From assembly GCF_001194135.2 (NCBI RefSeq), contig NC_068994.1, positions 40,325,152 to 40,389,151 on the forward strand: a stretch of DNA of 64,000 nt, given 5' to 3'. A program made the translations under genes and the position numbers. Of this stretch, positions 39,231-53,669 are shown piece after piece (position 1 is the stretch's first letter; each line of letters begins with the position of its first letter). The stretch comes from Octopus bimaculoides (lineage: Eukaryota). The notes below the pieces were generated by a model that was not told the origin of the DNA, ran no database searches, and was given only the letters and a program-made list of their open reading frames with translations.

Positions 39231-40789
39231 GTGTGTACATTCATGATGTGCGTTTGTATGTGTATATATATTTATACATGTTTATTCAGACACACATACA
39301 TATATGCAATTAAATGCACACTTATACCACATGAAGAATATGTGTGAGAGTTTTGTACATGAGTGTGTGTGTGTGTCTGTGTTTGCGTGTATGCGTATGC
39401 ACGCGTGTGTTTGTATAGGAGTGACCTAGATCTAATTGAACTTGTTCGATATTTCAACAATATTACCAAGGATTAAGCATTTCCTTAGAAATTTATTGAA
39501 AAGGTATTTATCTGAAAGCTTATTTGTTCTGATCTTTTTATTATATTTTGTGATTTCACAGTTAGTATCTTGCAAAGAAAATATCCTTTATTTAGCTAGA
39601 ATTTTGCAACAATACACAATTAATTTAATAATTTCTTTCATTTATTTTATTTATTTAATTTCTTGTTTGTTTTCATGATTAATTTATGTTAAAACACATA
39701 ACGCATTCATTTATTTAAAGTCAATGCAAAAGCAAGCAGCAAATGTATAAAAGATAAATAAAAAGAATGTAGGTACCCAGTGGGAATTGAACTCATATTC
39801 TTCTAACCGATGTCTTTGTACTAGCAACAGCACTTAATTTTGATATTTACATAAAAAAACTGCCTTTGTATAAACCAGTGTAAATCAATATAAATTATTG
39901 ATAGTATTTACTCCCTAAGCAGTTGTATGTCCCTAAAGGGAAATAAAATTCAATAGGTGAGCTCAGTCATTTGATAAATAGAGATTGATAAAAATGAGCA
40001 CCAGAGTAAGTTCTGGGAGTCGATATAATTGACCAAAACCTTCAAGGCAGAGCACTGTAATGGCTGCAATCAAAGGATAGAAGTAAGTGCAAAAAATATA
40101 TAGCTGTTCTTTTATGTCAATTAATATATTTTTAAAATGGCAAAATAGTATACAATGGAATTTCCTTTATGAAGAGGTTGCAGGTAGAGTTAAGTGGTTA
40201 AGGAGCTTGTTTTGCTGCTACTTGGTTCAGGGTTCAATCACTGTGTGCATCATTTGGTTACTACCATTGACTCACATTTACTTTACATTTACTGAATATG
40301 TTGTGGTTGAAATTTGAATGATGGAAATTTAGATTATAGAAATAATACAAAAGCTCACTTATTTGCATGATTAAAAGAATTTGTTTCTTAACTATGTAGT
40401 TTGGGTTTCAATCTCACTGCATGGACAATTGTCTTTTTTTTTTTTTTTGTATGTGTGTTTCTTCTCTTGAAACCACATGGTAATTGTAAACAAGTGTCAC
40501 TCACATACTGTCAGTGTCATTTGATTCCAATCATCTACTAAACAATATTTTGGGGTCATAAGGAAATACAATCTTGTTAGGATATATATATATATATACA
40601 CACATGCATATATGGGTACAGGACATCACCAGCAGTGTAAATAACATGAACTATATAAACAAACAGGTTAGATACATAAACAACGAGAAAAAATGGAAAA
40701 CAGGACAAGTAAACACAGAGACAGGAACCTTATACATACATACATATATATATATTTACATATATATATATTTACATATATATATTATT

Positions 40790-40830
<41 letters not shown>

Positions 40831-42116
40831 TATTTAGGCACATCTGGAATAACAGGTCATTGTATCATTGAATACTTCTTGTCTAGTGCATTACTTATTG
40901 ATGAATACACTCACACACATATAACATGCACAAAATACATATGCGTATATGTATTTATATAAGCTATGATTGGGAACCAGTACGTTCAAAGAGATATATC
41001 CACGTGATATTTACGCTCAACTGAATTATCTCCCTTCATACCGATGTCCACTTTGCATTTCATATCTCACGGGAATAATGAAATATGTAACAGACAAAGC
41101 ACTAGGTGGGTGTGGAAGTAGGGTGATGTAAGATTGGGTGTTGGGTGAGGTAGTGGTGATATAATTCACTAAATCCCTTGAAGATAATGCCCCATTATGA
41201 CCATAGTTCAATAACTGAAACCAGTTAAATGAAAAATGCAAGTCAATCGCTAAAGTTCTGAAGATTTAACACCTGAATAATCTTTTTCGTGTGGTCAGTA
41301 GCAAATTTAAGAGACCAAGCTCAAGTGTAGGACTCTGTCTACAGAAGACTTTGAACTTGCTGGCTCTGTTCCCAACAACACTTTAATCACTTAGCTAGTG
41401 GGTATATATAACAAACTTAGTTTAATATCTGTAAAATTGCAAATAATTCTTTTAATCAATAGCTGGCTTTCTAATAAAAATTCCAAAAGTGCTGCTGTTA
41501 GTACACAAAAGCAATAAATTGATAAATAAAATTAAGCAAAAATAAATAATTAAATAAAATAATAATTGCTTAAAATGAAACATGACCAAGTGCGCTGTAA
41601 AGAATATTAAAAATTCATTCCGTCTTTTTAATTTCTTTTAACACGATTTATTCACGTGTTTTAGTTGAAGTAACTTTGGCTAAATTAATATCATCTTAAT
41701 CTAAAAGTTGAACATTGCAATATACAGAAATGACACAATGTAATTACAGCTATTAATAAGCATGAGTTTGGTTATGTGGTTGAGAAGTTTGTTTCACAAA
41801 TGATGTTGTTCCGTGTTCGTATTGACTGCACAGCACAGCACCTTGGGTAAGCATTTTTCTATCATAACTTCTGATTAACTAATAGCTTGTTAGTGTAATG
41901 TATGTATGTATGTATGTATGTATGTATGTATGTATGTATGCATGCATGCATGCATACATGTATGTATGCATGTCATTATTCAATTTTATTTCAAGTTTTT
42001 GTTGCCAATAGAGAAAGAGTCAGTTTCTAACCCAGATTGAAGGCTCCTTCATTGGAACTTCAACAACATCAACAGGATATTTTTGTATGTACATATATGT
42101 GCAGATTTGTATGTTT

Positions 42117-43000
42117 TGCTCCGTTGGATGTGTAATGTCAATGTGAATACCCGTCAGAGTGTAAGTATCTTGAGAGAAAAGCTGAACATTAGAAGCATCA
42201 GTTGTGGCGTGCAAGAGAGACGATTGCGCTGGTATGGACATGTGGTGAGAATGGAGGAGGATAGCTGCGTGAAAAAGTGCCACACCCTAACAGTTGAGGG
42301 AACCCGTGGAAGAGGTAGGCCCAGGAAGACCTGGGCTGAGGTGGTGAGGCAAGACCTTCGTACATTGGGCCTCACCGAGGCGATGACTACGGACCGAGAC
42401 CTTTGGAAATGGGCTGTGCGTGAGAAGACCCGGCAAGCCAAGTAAGATCGTTGCCNNNNNNNNNNNNNNNNNNNNNNNNNNNNNNNNNNNNNNNNNNNNN
42501 NNNNNNNNNNNNNNNNNNNNNNNNNNNNNNNNNNNNNNNNNNNNNNNNNNNNNNNNNNNNNNNNNNNNNNNNNNNNNNNNNNNNNNNNNNNNNNNNNNNN
42601 NNNNNNNNNNNNNNNNNNNNNNNNNNNNNNNNNNNNNNNNNNNNNNNNNNNNNNNNNNNNNNNNNNNNNNNNNNNNNNNNNNNNNNNNNNNNNNNNNNNN
42701 NNNNNNNNNNNNNNNNNNNNNNNNNNNNNNNNNNNNNNNNNNNNNNNNNNNNNNNNNNNNNNNNNNNNNNNNNNNNNNNNNNNNNNNNNNNNNNNNNNNN
42801 TCGTGCGGGTGACACGTAAAAGCACCCACTACACTCTCTGAGTGGTTGGCGTTAGGAAGGGCATCCAGCTGTAGAAACTCTGCCAAATCAGACTGGAGCC
42901 TGGTGTTGCCATCCGGTTTCACCAGTCCTCAGTCAAATCGTCCAACCCATGCTAGCATGGAAAGCGGACGTTAAACGATGATGATGATGATGATGATGAT
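42117..43000 (+). mobile_element. 5'-truncated RTE-clade LINE, young copy (ORF C-terminus, 3' UTR, (GAT)8 tail; internal assembly gap)
   Basis: Uninterrupted LRWMCNVNV..VQERRLRWYGHVVRMEEDSCVKKC..VEGTRGRGRPRKTWAEVV..DRDLWKWAVREKTRQAK*, typical of an RTE ORF end. CpGs are retained. Confidence 0.9.
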
Positions 43001-43149
43001 TCTCATGCATGTAGTTGCATATCTAGACATGCTCATATATACCTAAATGATAAACTTCTGGAAAGTTATACAAATTTTTACAGTTCCAGTGATGGCTTGG
43101 ATCTGTAACCTTCAAATCAGTTTTCTCTTTTTGGTTTTGAGAAGTCTAA

Positions 43150-43290
43150 TTACTTAAGATTAGTGTTTAGGCAGTGTGTTTCATATCCCAGTGCTCCAAT
43201 ATTTACTGGTATAAACCTGAACTTGTTATCTGGATAGGATAGCTGTAGATACCTCAATAATTCAGCATAGGCATTTTCTTTCTTTTTATG
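43150..43290 (-). mobile_element. Restriction-like endonuclease LINE C-terminal fragment
   Basis: KKENAYAELLRYLQLSYPDNKFRFIPVNIGALGY matches the K..KY..L..EL......P...GALG pattern. Confidence 0.55.
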
Positions 43291-43387
43291 TATGTATGTA
43301 TGTATGTATGGTCTAATGACTGAAGCAAGTAGAATATAAAATATAAAAGATGTGTATGTGTGCATGTGTGCATGTGCGCGCACGTAT

Positions 43388-43502
<115 letters not shown>

Positions 43503-44070
43503 TTTTGTTGATGCATATCAGTAAAAGCCATACTCGTCAGCAAAGGATGTATGTCTTAGCAAAAATGTCAGAAAAAAATTAAAACTTGTATTTTTCTGTA
43601 AAGTCTTTTCTTACATTTGCTCTGTAACATGTTACAGAAACTCCCTTGTCAATCTTACTATTAGAAATGGTGTGAACCAGTAATTGCCCTGTTGGAAACC
43701 TGTAAGCAACAGCGTGACATAAAGTAAATAAAATAAGGAAAAATTAAATAAATAAGCGGCGCAAGAGTAAGATTTGACCGAAAATTGGATAAGTTCACTT
43801 ATAAGCAGAATACCAAATAACTTAGTGCCTTGGCAACGTATTTAGTATAGTTCGTTTTCCAAAATCAAATCTAAATTCTTTTCTAACAACCTTGATGAGC
43901 AAGTAATTTAATAATGATATACAGTCGATTACTCCAGCTTAGGTGGGGAAGTTGAAAACTTTAACACTATAAAATTATCGATTATGTATTTGATAATCAT
44001 TATTCAATTTATTCTTGGTGGTGTATCTTTAATAGCAATATTAGATAGCAAAAGCAATAATAGCAACAGC

Positions 44071-44119
<49 letters not shown>

Positions 44120-44250
44120 ACAATGGTAATGGTGGCAAGATTTTTTTCATTTTAGCTGTTGAACAAATGGCTTTTTCATACTGTTGTTACTGTTTAGCTC
44201 CTGGTCAGCATTTACTGAACAAGCCTATGACCAAAGCCAGTCAAGGTATA

Positions 44251-44281
<31 letters not shown>

Positions 44282-46769
44282 CAGGGAAGTACAGAGCTCA
44301 GGAAAGGACACCTTGGATTACCTTTATGTTTTATCTTTTACTCGTTTCAGTCATTGGACTGCAGACATGCTGGAGCACCACCTTGAAGGGTCTAGTTGAA
44401 TTGATCGAGCCTAGAACTTATTTTCAAATCTGGTACTTATTCTATGAGTCTCATGGCTTCATGTGTGATAAAGAAATCATGACATTGTTTCTGAAGGTAT
44501 TAGAGCAGAACAAGAAACTTTAAAGTATTTGGTATCAAATTTTAGATTTATGTGCTGTAAATTGTTTCAAATTTAGCTAAATCTTTTGTAATTATATTGT
44601 AGTTTTATGACATATCCATCACAAGGCCAGTCCTTGTTGCAGTGTGGTGGCCCATGCCTCAATGACCTCAAGAGCTGTACCAGTGAATAGGTCTTCCCAT
44701 CCTGGTAATATTGATCACTACTTCCTAGAAGTAAAAATGGGCTTGCATAGAGTCAACATCCCTACCTAGAACAAAACAAAGATTGTAGATCAGATGCTTC
44801 AATGGTAGTTCAAAAACCAATAAGACCTAGGAAAGGAAGGCCTTCCCTCAAAGAAACATAGAGATTTAGTACAGCAAAATCCAAAACAAAGCTGCAAGGA
44901 AGCAGGGATCCAATGGGGGAGAAGCAGTAAAGAAAGCCAATTGTTGAGAAAAGTGGAGAAAAGTTATGGCAGCAAAGGGCTTAATTAAAAGTATGTATTA
45001 ATGCCTTATGTGTTTGCAACAGGCAAAGCCATGCCTGTGTAATATTTAAAGTTTGATTTGCAGTCAGCAACATATTGAATGTTTGAGCCTGCTGTGTAGT
45101 ACTTTGAGCAAGTGTATCTACCATGGCCTTACCTTGACCAGTGCTTTGTTAATGGAATTTAGTAAGCAAATGTGTGTATGTGCTGCAGTTCTCTGCTGAA
45201 GCCAGCTTTGTCTTTCATCCTTCTGGGGTTGATAAAATAGATATCAGTTGAACACTGGGGTTGATGTAATTGACTTAAGCTCTCCCCTAAGATTGCTGGC
45301 TTTGTACCAAAATTTGAAATCAGTATTATTCGCATATAGAATCAGCATGCCACAGTGTCTGTAACAAGGCTCTAGCTGTTGAAATGCAGGTACAATTCTT
45401 TTGATGAACTTTTATAGAGTTTCTGCCTTCACAATTTCATTCTCAAGGTATGACCCAATTTAAGGCCACAGTAAATGAAATTTATCCAAGATGTTGCACA
45501 GTGGGATTGAACCTGGGATTGAACCTGGTGGCGGTTGTGGTTGTGCAGTGAAGTTCTTAATCATTTAGCTGAGAGAGAGAGAGAGAGGTAGGAAAGGAGA
45601 AACTGAGAGAGAAAGACAGATAGTGGAAGAGAGAAAAAGAGTATCATAAGTGTGTCTGTACGTGTGTGTATATGTACACATATATATATATATATATATA
45701 TTTCAGCAATATGCACCAGCAAATAATGTAAAGAAAACCACTTAAACAGGTGTTTAAGTATATTTGTTTAAGGTGTTTAAGTATATTTGTTCTGCCCAAG
45801 TTATATAACCAATCCCTTATCATTGTCATTACAATGAGGGTAATCATGAACTACATTGAAATCTATAATCAACAATGCTTATTGTTCACAAAGCACGTAA
45901 TAACATTAAAATTTATTATTTAATTTATCAGAAGATCTTATATATCTCTAAAAACATATTTTGCTTAAACAGATAATTGAAATATATTGTATAACTAATT
46001 AGATGTAACATAACCACATATTTTATGCATCAAACTAGTAATTAGGAAAATAAATACAATATTAATTTTTAAAATAGGATCTAAGAAAGATGGAGAGCTG
46101 GCAGAATTGTTACTGTGCTGACGAAATGCTTAGCAGCATTTCTCCCAAGTTTTTGAGTTCAAAATGCCACCGGAGTTGACTTGGTTTGTCATTCTTTCAG
46201 GGTTGATGCAATAAATAGTTGTTGAGTGCTGGAGTTGATGTAACCAACTTAATTCTTCTCCCTCAAAAATGCTGGTCTTGTGCCAATATTGGAAACCAGT
46301 ATATGCAATAGGACATGAATTCAATGAGACAGTATAGTCAGTTATATCCCACCCTCAGCCCTAATACCTGACTGGTACACTTTTACTTGTTTCAGCTCAA
46401 GAGCTATGACCATGCTGGAGCACTTTATTTTATCAATCTTACAAGGATAAAATACAAAGCATTGACTCCGGCAAGATTTGAACTTAAAAACATTAAAAAA
46501 AAAAGACCATATCTAAATTTTTCACAGCCTTTTATGCAACACATTTTAATGATTTTGCCATAATAAAATATTAAAATATTATTGGCCATGCTATACAATT
46601 AAATATGCTGTATAATTAATCATTATCACGTGTGACCATGTTTAAATAAGCAAAAGAGAAAACACACAAACAAAGAAAGCCAATAAATATCAATATATTT
46701 AACAACATTAAATATATGCTAATGTCATATAACGAGTAGTGTTCATATTATAAAATGATTATTTGCTTT

Positions 46770-48125
46770 AAATATCCATGTTAATAACTATCACCATCAC
46801 CATCACCATTAGCATTACCATCATCACCATCAATACCATCATCAAAACCATAACTTTGGCTCCACTACCACCACTGCCACAAATACCACCACCACCAAAA
46901 CCACCATCACCACCAAAACCACCACCACTACTACATCCTCCAATTATCACCACCACCACTACCACCACCAACACCAATACTACAACCTCCACCATTACTC
47001 ACCACTACCACCATCACAATACTGCAAGAAGAAAACCACTACCATACCCATCAGCATACCACTCTGACAACCACTATCACCGTGGTCATCATTTCTAGTG
47101 CTACTATCACCACCACAACTACCACTACAGTACTATGACAATACCACAACCACTCCCACCAGCCCACCATCATCACAACAACTACTGTCATGGTCATCCA
47201 TAATATTGCTAATATTAACACAACCACCACCATCACCACTGCAAATACAGACAGCACTACAACACCACCTCCACAACCATTACTACTATCGCCACCACAA
47301 AACCACAATTACCAACACAACCACTACTACTGCTACAACCACCCATAACAACAATGACCACCAGACCACCACCACCACCACCACCACCACCACCACCACC
47401 ACTAACAACAACAGCAACAACACTATCACAATAAGTTAGCCATCATAGCTACCACAACCACCACAACCATCATTACCGCCATTATGACAACGATGATCAC
47501 CACCGCCAATACAACCACCCCTATCATTGCCACTATCAGTACCACTACAGCCACCACCACAACCACCACAATCATCATGACCATGATCACTACTGCAACC
47601 ACCACCACCACCATCACCATCTCCACCACCAACCCTACCACAACAACTGTTACCATCATAACTACCACAACCACTATGACAATGACCATTACCCCCCACC
47701 AATTCCACCACCATCACAGTCACCACTACCACTACAACCATCACCACCACAACTGCCACGAGCACAATCACTACTGCAACAACCACCACCATTTCCAGCG
47801 CATCATCTCCAGTACTACCTCCCCGCATCATCTCCAGTACTACCTCCACCACCATCTCCAATACTACCTCCAACACCATCTCCAAACGTACCTCCCCCAC
47901 CATCTCCAGCACGACTCCGCCACCACCACCATCTCCAGTACTACCTCTACCACTGTCTCCAACACTACCTCTGCCACCATCTCCAGCACTAACTCCACGA
48001 CCACCACCACAACCACCACGACCACACGATGACGACGACGACGACGACCACCACCACCACCACCACCACCACCACAACACCACCGCCACCACCACCACTA
48101 CCATCATCATCCCCTCTACCTCTCC
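46770..48125 (+). repeat. Cryptic trinucleotide (ACC/CAT/AAC) low-complexity island containing a 24-bp minisatellite at about 47804-48000
   Basis: C/A-rich triplets throughout. Eight catctccagtactacctccaccac-like units with spacings 25, 24, 24, 24, 29, 24, 24. Confidence 0.85.
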
Positions 48126-48635
48126 CACATTCTTATTTGCTCAGGAATGATAGCTGATGCTGTAATATGGCTATGAATGACAGCAGCGTGATGTAAAACA
48201 AAAAGTTGAAAGCACTACTATGAATATTGAATGATATCACATGTATGAACAGTGAAGTATAACATAAAAACTTGAACACTGCATAAATGACAGCATTGTG
48301 TACTGTACAAACATCACTCTGTATGTGTATGTGTGTGCTTGTGCTCTTGTGCTTCTGTGTGTGTGTGTATCTATATGTGTACTAGCATTGTATAAAATAT
48401 AAACATCACTGTATATGTATGTGTGTGTGTGTGTGTGTTTATATATGTGGCAATATATCGGTTTGAGTAGGTGCATGCATATGCACGTATATGCAATATG
48501 TGCAGTGCAGAATAAAAGTAAGGAGTTACTGAGAAATGGGGGAAATGTCTTTCTTACTTTTCACTGTCAATATTCTTCTTCATGTTAGATGGAACTTGTC
48601 TCTCAGACAGACAAGTGCATATACATATATATAAA

Positions 48636-48751
<116 letters not shown>

Positions 48752-49399
48752 TATATATATATATACATATATATACACATATATGTGCATATATATTCAT
48801 ATGTACTTATGTGTACATGTATATGCATGCACACACATATATGCATGTATATACATATATATACGTATATATACATAAGCATGTGTGTAGATATATATAT
48901 ATATATATATGTGTATATGCACATATATACATACATATATGCATACTATATGCATACATATATTATACATATACACACATGCCCGTTTAACTGTTTTCAC
49001 ATACATATACAAGTATGCATACAAAAACTGACATACACACACATGCGTACATACACACTCGTATACACAAAACACCTAGTGAAATACTCACATGCAGACA
49101 CACTCACTTTTACACTGACAACTACTTATGCACAAATATCCACAAGCACACATACACATATGCACACGTGTGCTTACTAAACCTATTTAAACACTTGTGT
49201 ACACACATGCAGATGCACACATCAAATGCAGGCTTCTTATTTATAATTTTAACAAGTTTTCTGGTGTTGGTTCCTCAATGCCACAAAAAATTTCAAAGAG
49301 TAACTGTAATATGTCACTCAATTTAAAATCCCCATTTTACCGTTAGGGGACTTTAGAGGTCTTCCTTCTGTTGCAAACATTTGGATCAGGTCTCCAATA

Positions 49400-50170
49400 T
49401 GAGGATAAAATTGTCCCTTGATGTACTGCTTCTGACAATATCTTATTTTATTTAGTACTCCAGAGAGCCAGAGGGGATTGATAAAAAGATTTCTGAGTTG
49501 AGAAACTTAATTCTAGATAGTGTAGGGCACAAACTTATAGGGCATCATAGAAAAAAAGAAAAAAAAAATTCTGAATAGAGAAACTATTTCTTGATTGTAC
49601 AGAGACACAAACTTGTGAATAATTATCTCAGAAGGCTGTTTTATCAAATGACATATAATTCTGTATCTTCTCTCCGATTTTATGACTGGTGCCTTTCTCT
49701 ATTGAGCTGAAGATTTTGAGAGTCCCATCCAATATAATATGCTTCCAGCTGGTTTAATTACAATGATTGATGTTATGAGTAAAGAAAACTCATAAGCCAG
49801 GAGCAATTTTCTTCTTCTCCTTCATTACAACATTTATCTTCAACACGATGAATGGCCGCATAAAAAAATAACAAGAATCAATGTAATGGACAATTCTTCC
49901 TCCTTTAGCCAATATCTGTGGAATTTGTTCCAGCCTTGACCCTACCCATCACCTCCTCCTCACTCATAAACTACAAATTTTATTCTTCTCAAAGACACAA
50001 ATCTTTCATATTATGTTTCTAATTCATCTCAGTTGTCCAGGCTATACACATATAATATTCCAACTTCTTTCTGACATGATTGAACTTGCAGAGAATCAAA
50101 TCTCTCTAACACTTACCTATTTCACTTGGACATTAGCAATAAAGACTTCCAGTTAATCTGGCTCAAGGGT
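49400..50170 (-). mobile_element. Highly decayed L2/Rex1-like apurinic endonuclease region
   Basis: Across frameshifts: VFIANVQ..WNIICV, KGGRIVHYIDS and LAYEFSLLITSIIVIKP, collinear with LANVQ..CNILCF, GGGVC.YIN and LPREF...TAVYIPP of this group. Confidence 0.45.
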
Positions 50171-51927
50171 TCCTTCCCTACCAATCCTTTCATTTCTTCT
50201 GCTGTCTCTACTACTTTCCAAACCAACCATTAAAGGAGCTTTTACGTAGTTGCGCATCTAGCTAAAAGCAACAGCGTAATCTCCCTCAAAATCGTACCAT
50301 GCCACTTTACAAATGGAAACCCACATCTTACAACAAAGTTCATACACTGGAAGAAATAAAGTTGTACCAGTCATGGTTGGAATTCTGTTGATTAAATGTC
50401 TGCTCTGTCTGACATTATCTGAGCCTAAACAGCAACAAGCCCCTACAGAACATGTCCAGTTGCATATCTGTGTTTTAATTTTCAAAATAATAAATAAAAC
50501 ATTCAGCAAAACAACTTTCAATTTAATTTTTCCTAACACAGATACAAAGCCACAAATTTCGAGTCACAGTTTAACTGATTAAAGTGTTGCTAGTACATTT
50601 TATCAAAACCTGAAGAGTGACAGATGAAAGCAAACTCTGCAGAATTTGAACTCAAAACGCAAAGAGCAAAAACAATTTATCATTTCAAATTTTGGCACAA
50701 GGCCAGCAATTTCAGGGGAGGAGCTAATTTGATTACATTAACCCTATTGATCAGCTGGTTCTTATTTTATCGACACCAAAAGGATGAAAGGCAAAGTTGA
50801 CCTCGGCACAAGCTGAACTCAAAGTAAAGACAGATGAAATGTGGCTAAGTATTTTGCTCAGCATGTTAATGATTCTATCAGCTTTCTGCCTTAGCAAGAA
50901 TAATATTACAAGTCATTCTGTCTGATACTCTAATAATTCTACCAAATCTTCACTTTAATTTTTCAACTTAAACCTTTAGCAACCCTAAATATTCTACCTG
51001 TTTTATGTTCAAACTATCAAAATCCAGCCTCTCACATCTACTCTACAATGTCATTCTAAAAATATACAATTGCATCATTGAAATCTCAAAGTTACAAAAT
51101 AATGTATGGTTAATTCAAAATAATGTAAATTAGCAAGTATTAAATTTGACAGAGTAATCTGAATGCTAAAAGGTTAATCATTTTCATACATAGGCACAAG
51201 GCCAGAAATTTGGGGAAGATTTGTCGATTAATTGATTTCGTTACTCAACTGGCATTTGACTTAATAGAACTTGGAAGTACGAGAAGAAAAGCCAATCTTC
51301 AAATCATTTGAACACCAAGTTAAAACATCCCTCAAATGAAACAATCCTCATGTTCCTCGTTGTACACCTACTGAATGACTTTTCTCACTGCCAGTGTGTT
51401 TAAACATTTTCATATATGCTACCCCTGTGGCAAATAACAGAAAAAAAACATTTTTATTTTCCTATTGCACTCAGTATAAAACACCACCCAGTGCTTTTAT
51501 AGATTTGTCTTTGTAATATTCCCTCTCAGATGCCCTTGTGGCTATAAAAAGATCATTTTTTTTTTATCATCATCATCATTATCAACATTATTGTTATTGT
51601 TATGGCTATTATTATCATTGTTGTTGTTGTTGTTGTTTCTTTCAAATAGAAAATGATATTGCCCTTGCTAAAAAATAGGTGAAGAGAAATAAAGTAGGTT
51701 TTAATAAGTGGTATACATACGTACATACATGCATACATACATATGCACACACATATATAAATGTGTGTATATGCACATATACATACACAGACATATATTA
51801 CATGTGTGTATATATATATATATATGCATTGTGTATGTACAAGCCAACACGCACACATATATGCATTTATGCACATGTACATATATATAGTATATAGTAT
51901 ATATATAAAGGTATATATATATATGTA

Positions 51928-51988
<61 letters not shown>

Positions 51989-52155
51989 TGTATACATATA
52001 CATATATGTATGTGTATATATCTATGTATGTATATATATATATATATANNNNNNNNNNNNNNNNNNNNNNNNNNNNNNNNNNNNNNNNNNNNNNNNNNNN
52101 NNNNNNNNNNNNNNNNNNNNNNNNNNNNNNNNNNNNNNNNNNTATGTATATACAT

Positions 52156-52200
<45 letters not shown>

Positions 52201-52879
52201 CACATATATGAGTTTTTTTGTCTTTTTGCTTTGTTTATCATGAATGTGTCCTTTTATAGAAGGCGAAATTGCTCTTAAATGAAGCACTTTTAATACAGAG
52301 TTTCTAAAATAATGGTGACACCTAAGCAAACTTTGCTTTGAAGGCTGGCAAAGGTTAGTGTGATAAAATATAAAACAATGCCAGCCAAGCAGCAAACCAT
52401 TCTACTTCCCCCACAACACTCCCCCAATCCCACCATCCCCTACTGTTGATATTATGTTGAGTTTTACAAAGATAAAATAATAATAAATAAAATGAAGTGA
52501 AAAGAACAGAGAGAGATAGGAAGAGAAATGTGGATGGGAGACAGTATGGGGATAGAGTATATGGGAGAGAGGTGGGAGGTGTATGGGGAGAGGTGGAGGT
52601 GGGGGTGTAAGAGGAGAGAAGGTGGGAGGGAAGATGAAATAGTGGATTCCTTCTTTATATAGTTAGTGGCCAAATACAATAATTGAATATCCCCAAATAT
52701 TAAAAAAGACAGAAAGGAGAGAAAGGGGTGAAAAAAATAGTAGTAGTAGTAGTAGTGGTGGTGGTGGTAGTAGTGATGGTGGTGGTGGTAGTAGTGGTGG
52801 TGGTGGTGGTGGTGGTAGGTAATAAGTGTGAATGGAAGGGACAGAGTAAGAGAAAGTTTTAGTGTGGTGTTGGAAGGAG

Positions 52880-53170
52880 GTGGAGAAAGAAAAGGAAACG
52901 AAGAAGAAGAAGAAGAAGCAGAAGAAGAAGAAGAAAGAGGAGAAGAAGAAGAAGAAGAAGAAGAAGAAGAAGGAGGAGGAGAAGAAGAAGAAGAAGAAGA
53001 AGGAGGAGGAGGAGAAGAAGAAGAAGAAGAAGAAGAAGAAGAAGAAGAAGGGATGGACATGTAAAGATGGAAAAGAAAGAGAATAATGAAAGAGAATAAT
53101 GAAAGAGAAATAAAGGAAGACAAAACATGATTAAAGAGATGAAGAGACACGTTATTTAGAGGAAATGAGC
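52880..53170 (+). repeat. Polypurine (GAA/GGA)n tract
   Basis: Almost purely A/G from about 52885 to 53050, continuing purine-rich to about 53170. Confidence 0.9.
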
Positions 53171-53198
53171 TGAAATAAAAAGAAGATAAAAAATGAGG

Positions 53199-53229
<31 letters not shown>

Positions 53230-53271
53230 CATATCTATTATTTTATCTGTCTGTCTGTCTCTCTCTTGCTT

Positions 53272-53303
<32 letters not shown>

Positions 53304-53591
53304 TACACACATATACAGAACAAGAGAGAAAGAGAGAGAGAGGGGGTAGGATGGAAAGGAAGTCAGAAGGAGGTCAGTGAGAGGAGAGAATGAGAGACAC
53401 AGGTAAAACGAAAGTGAGAAAGAGTAATGTGAGTCTTATGTGTGTGTGTGTGAGTATGTATGAGAGCTCTGTAAGATATCAATAGCCATGGCTGAAACAA
53501 AGCTGATTAAATCCAAATTGTTGGCACTGACACATGGTGGTTCTATTTTGGAAGACAGTGAACCCTTCTTGAGAAGAGATGAGACTTTATT

Positions 53592-53669
53592 GAAAAGAAG
53601 TGGTGAAAGTAAGAGAAAAGAAGTGGTGAAAGTAAGAGAAAAGAAGTGGTGAAAGTAAGAGAAAAGAAG
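53592..53669 (+). repeat. 23-bp tandem repeat, 3.3 perfect copies
   Basis: aaaagaagtggtgaaagtaagag starts at 53593, 53616 and 53639, with a partial copy at 53662. Confidence 0.9.

Noticed and set aside
40985-41025. Minus-strand CAGTTGA-GCGTAAAT resembling the 25021 motif
   Set aside because: No GAAA and no stem I.
44620-44990. Possible bipartite non-autonomous RTE (5' UTR-like part joined to RPRKGRP..EKWR ORF end)
   Set aside because: Similarity is too decayed to call by eye; needs a repeat-library search.
47804-48000. CRISPR-like regular repeat
   Set aside because: Contiguous degenerate units without unique spacers in a eukaryotic context; it is a minisatellite.
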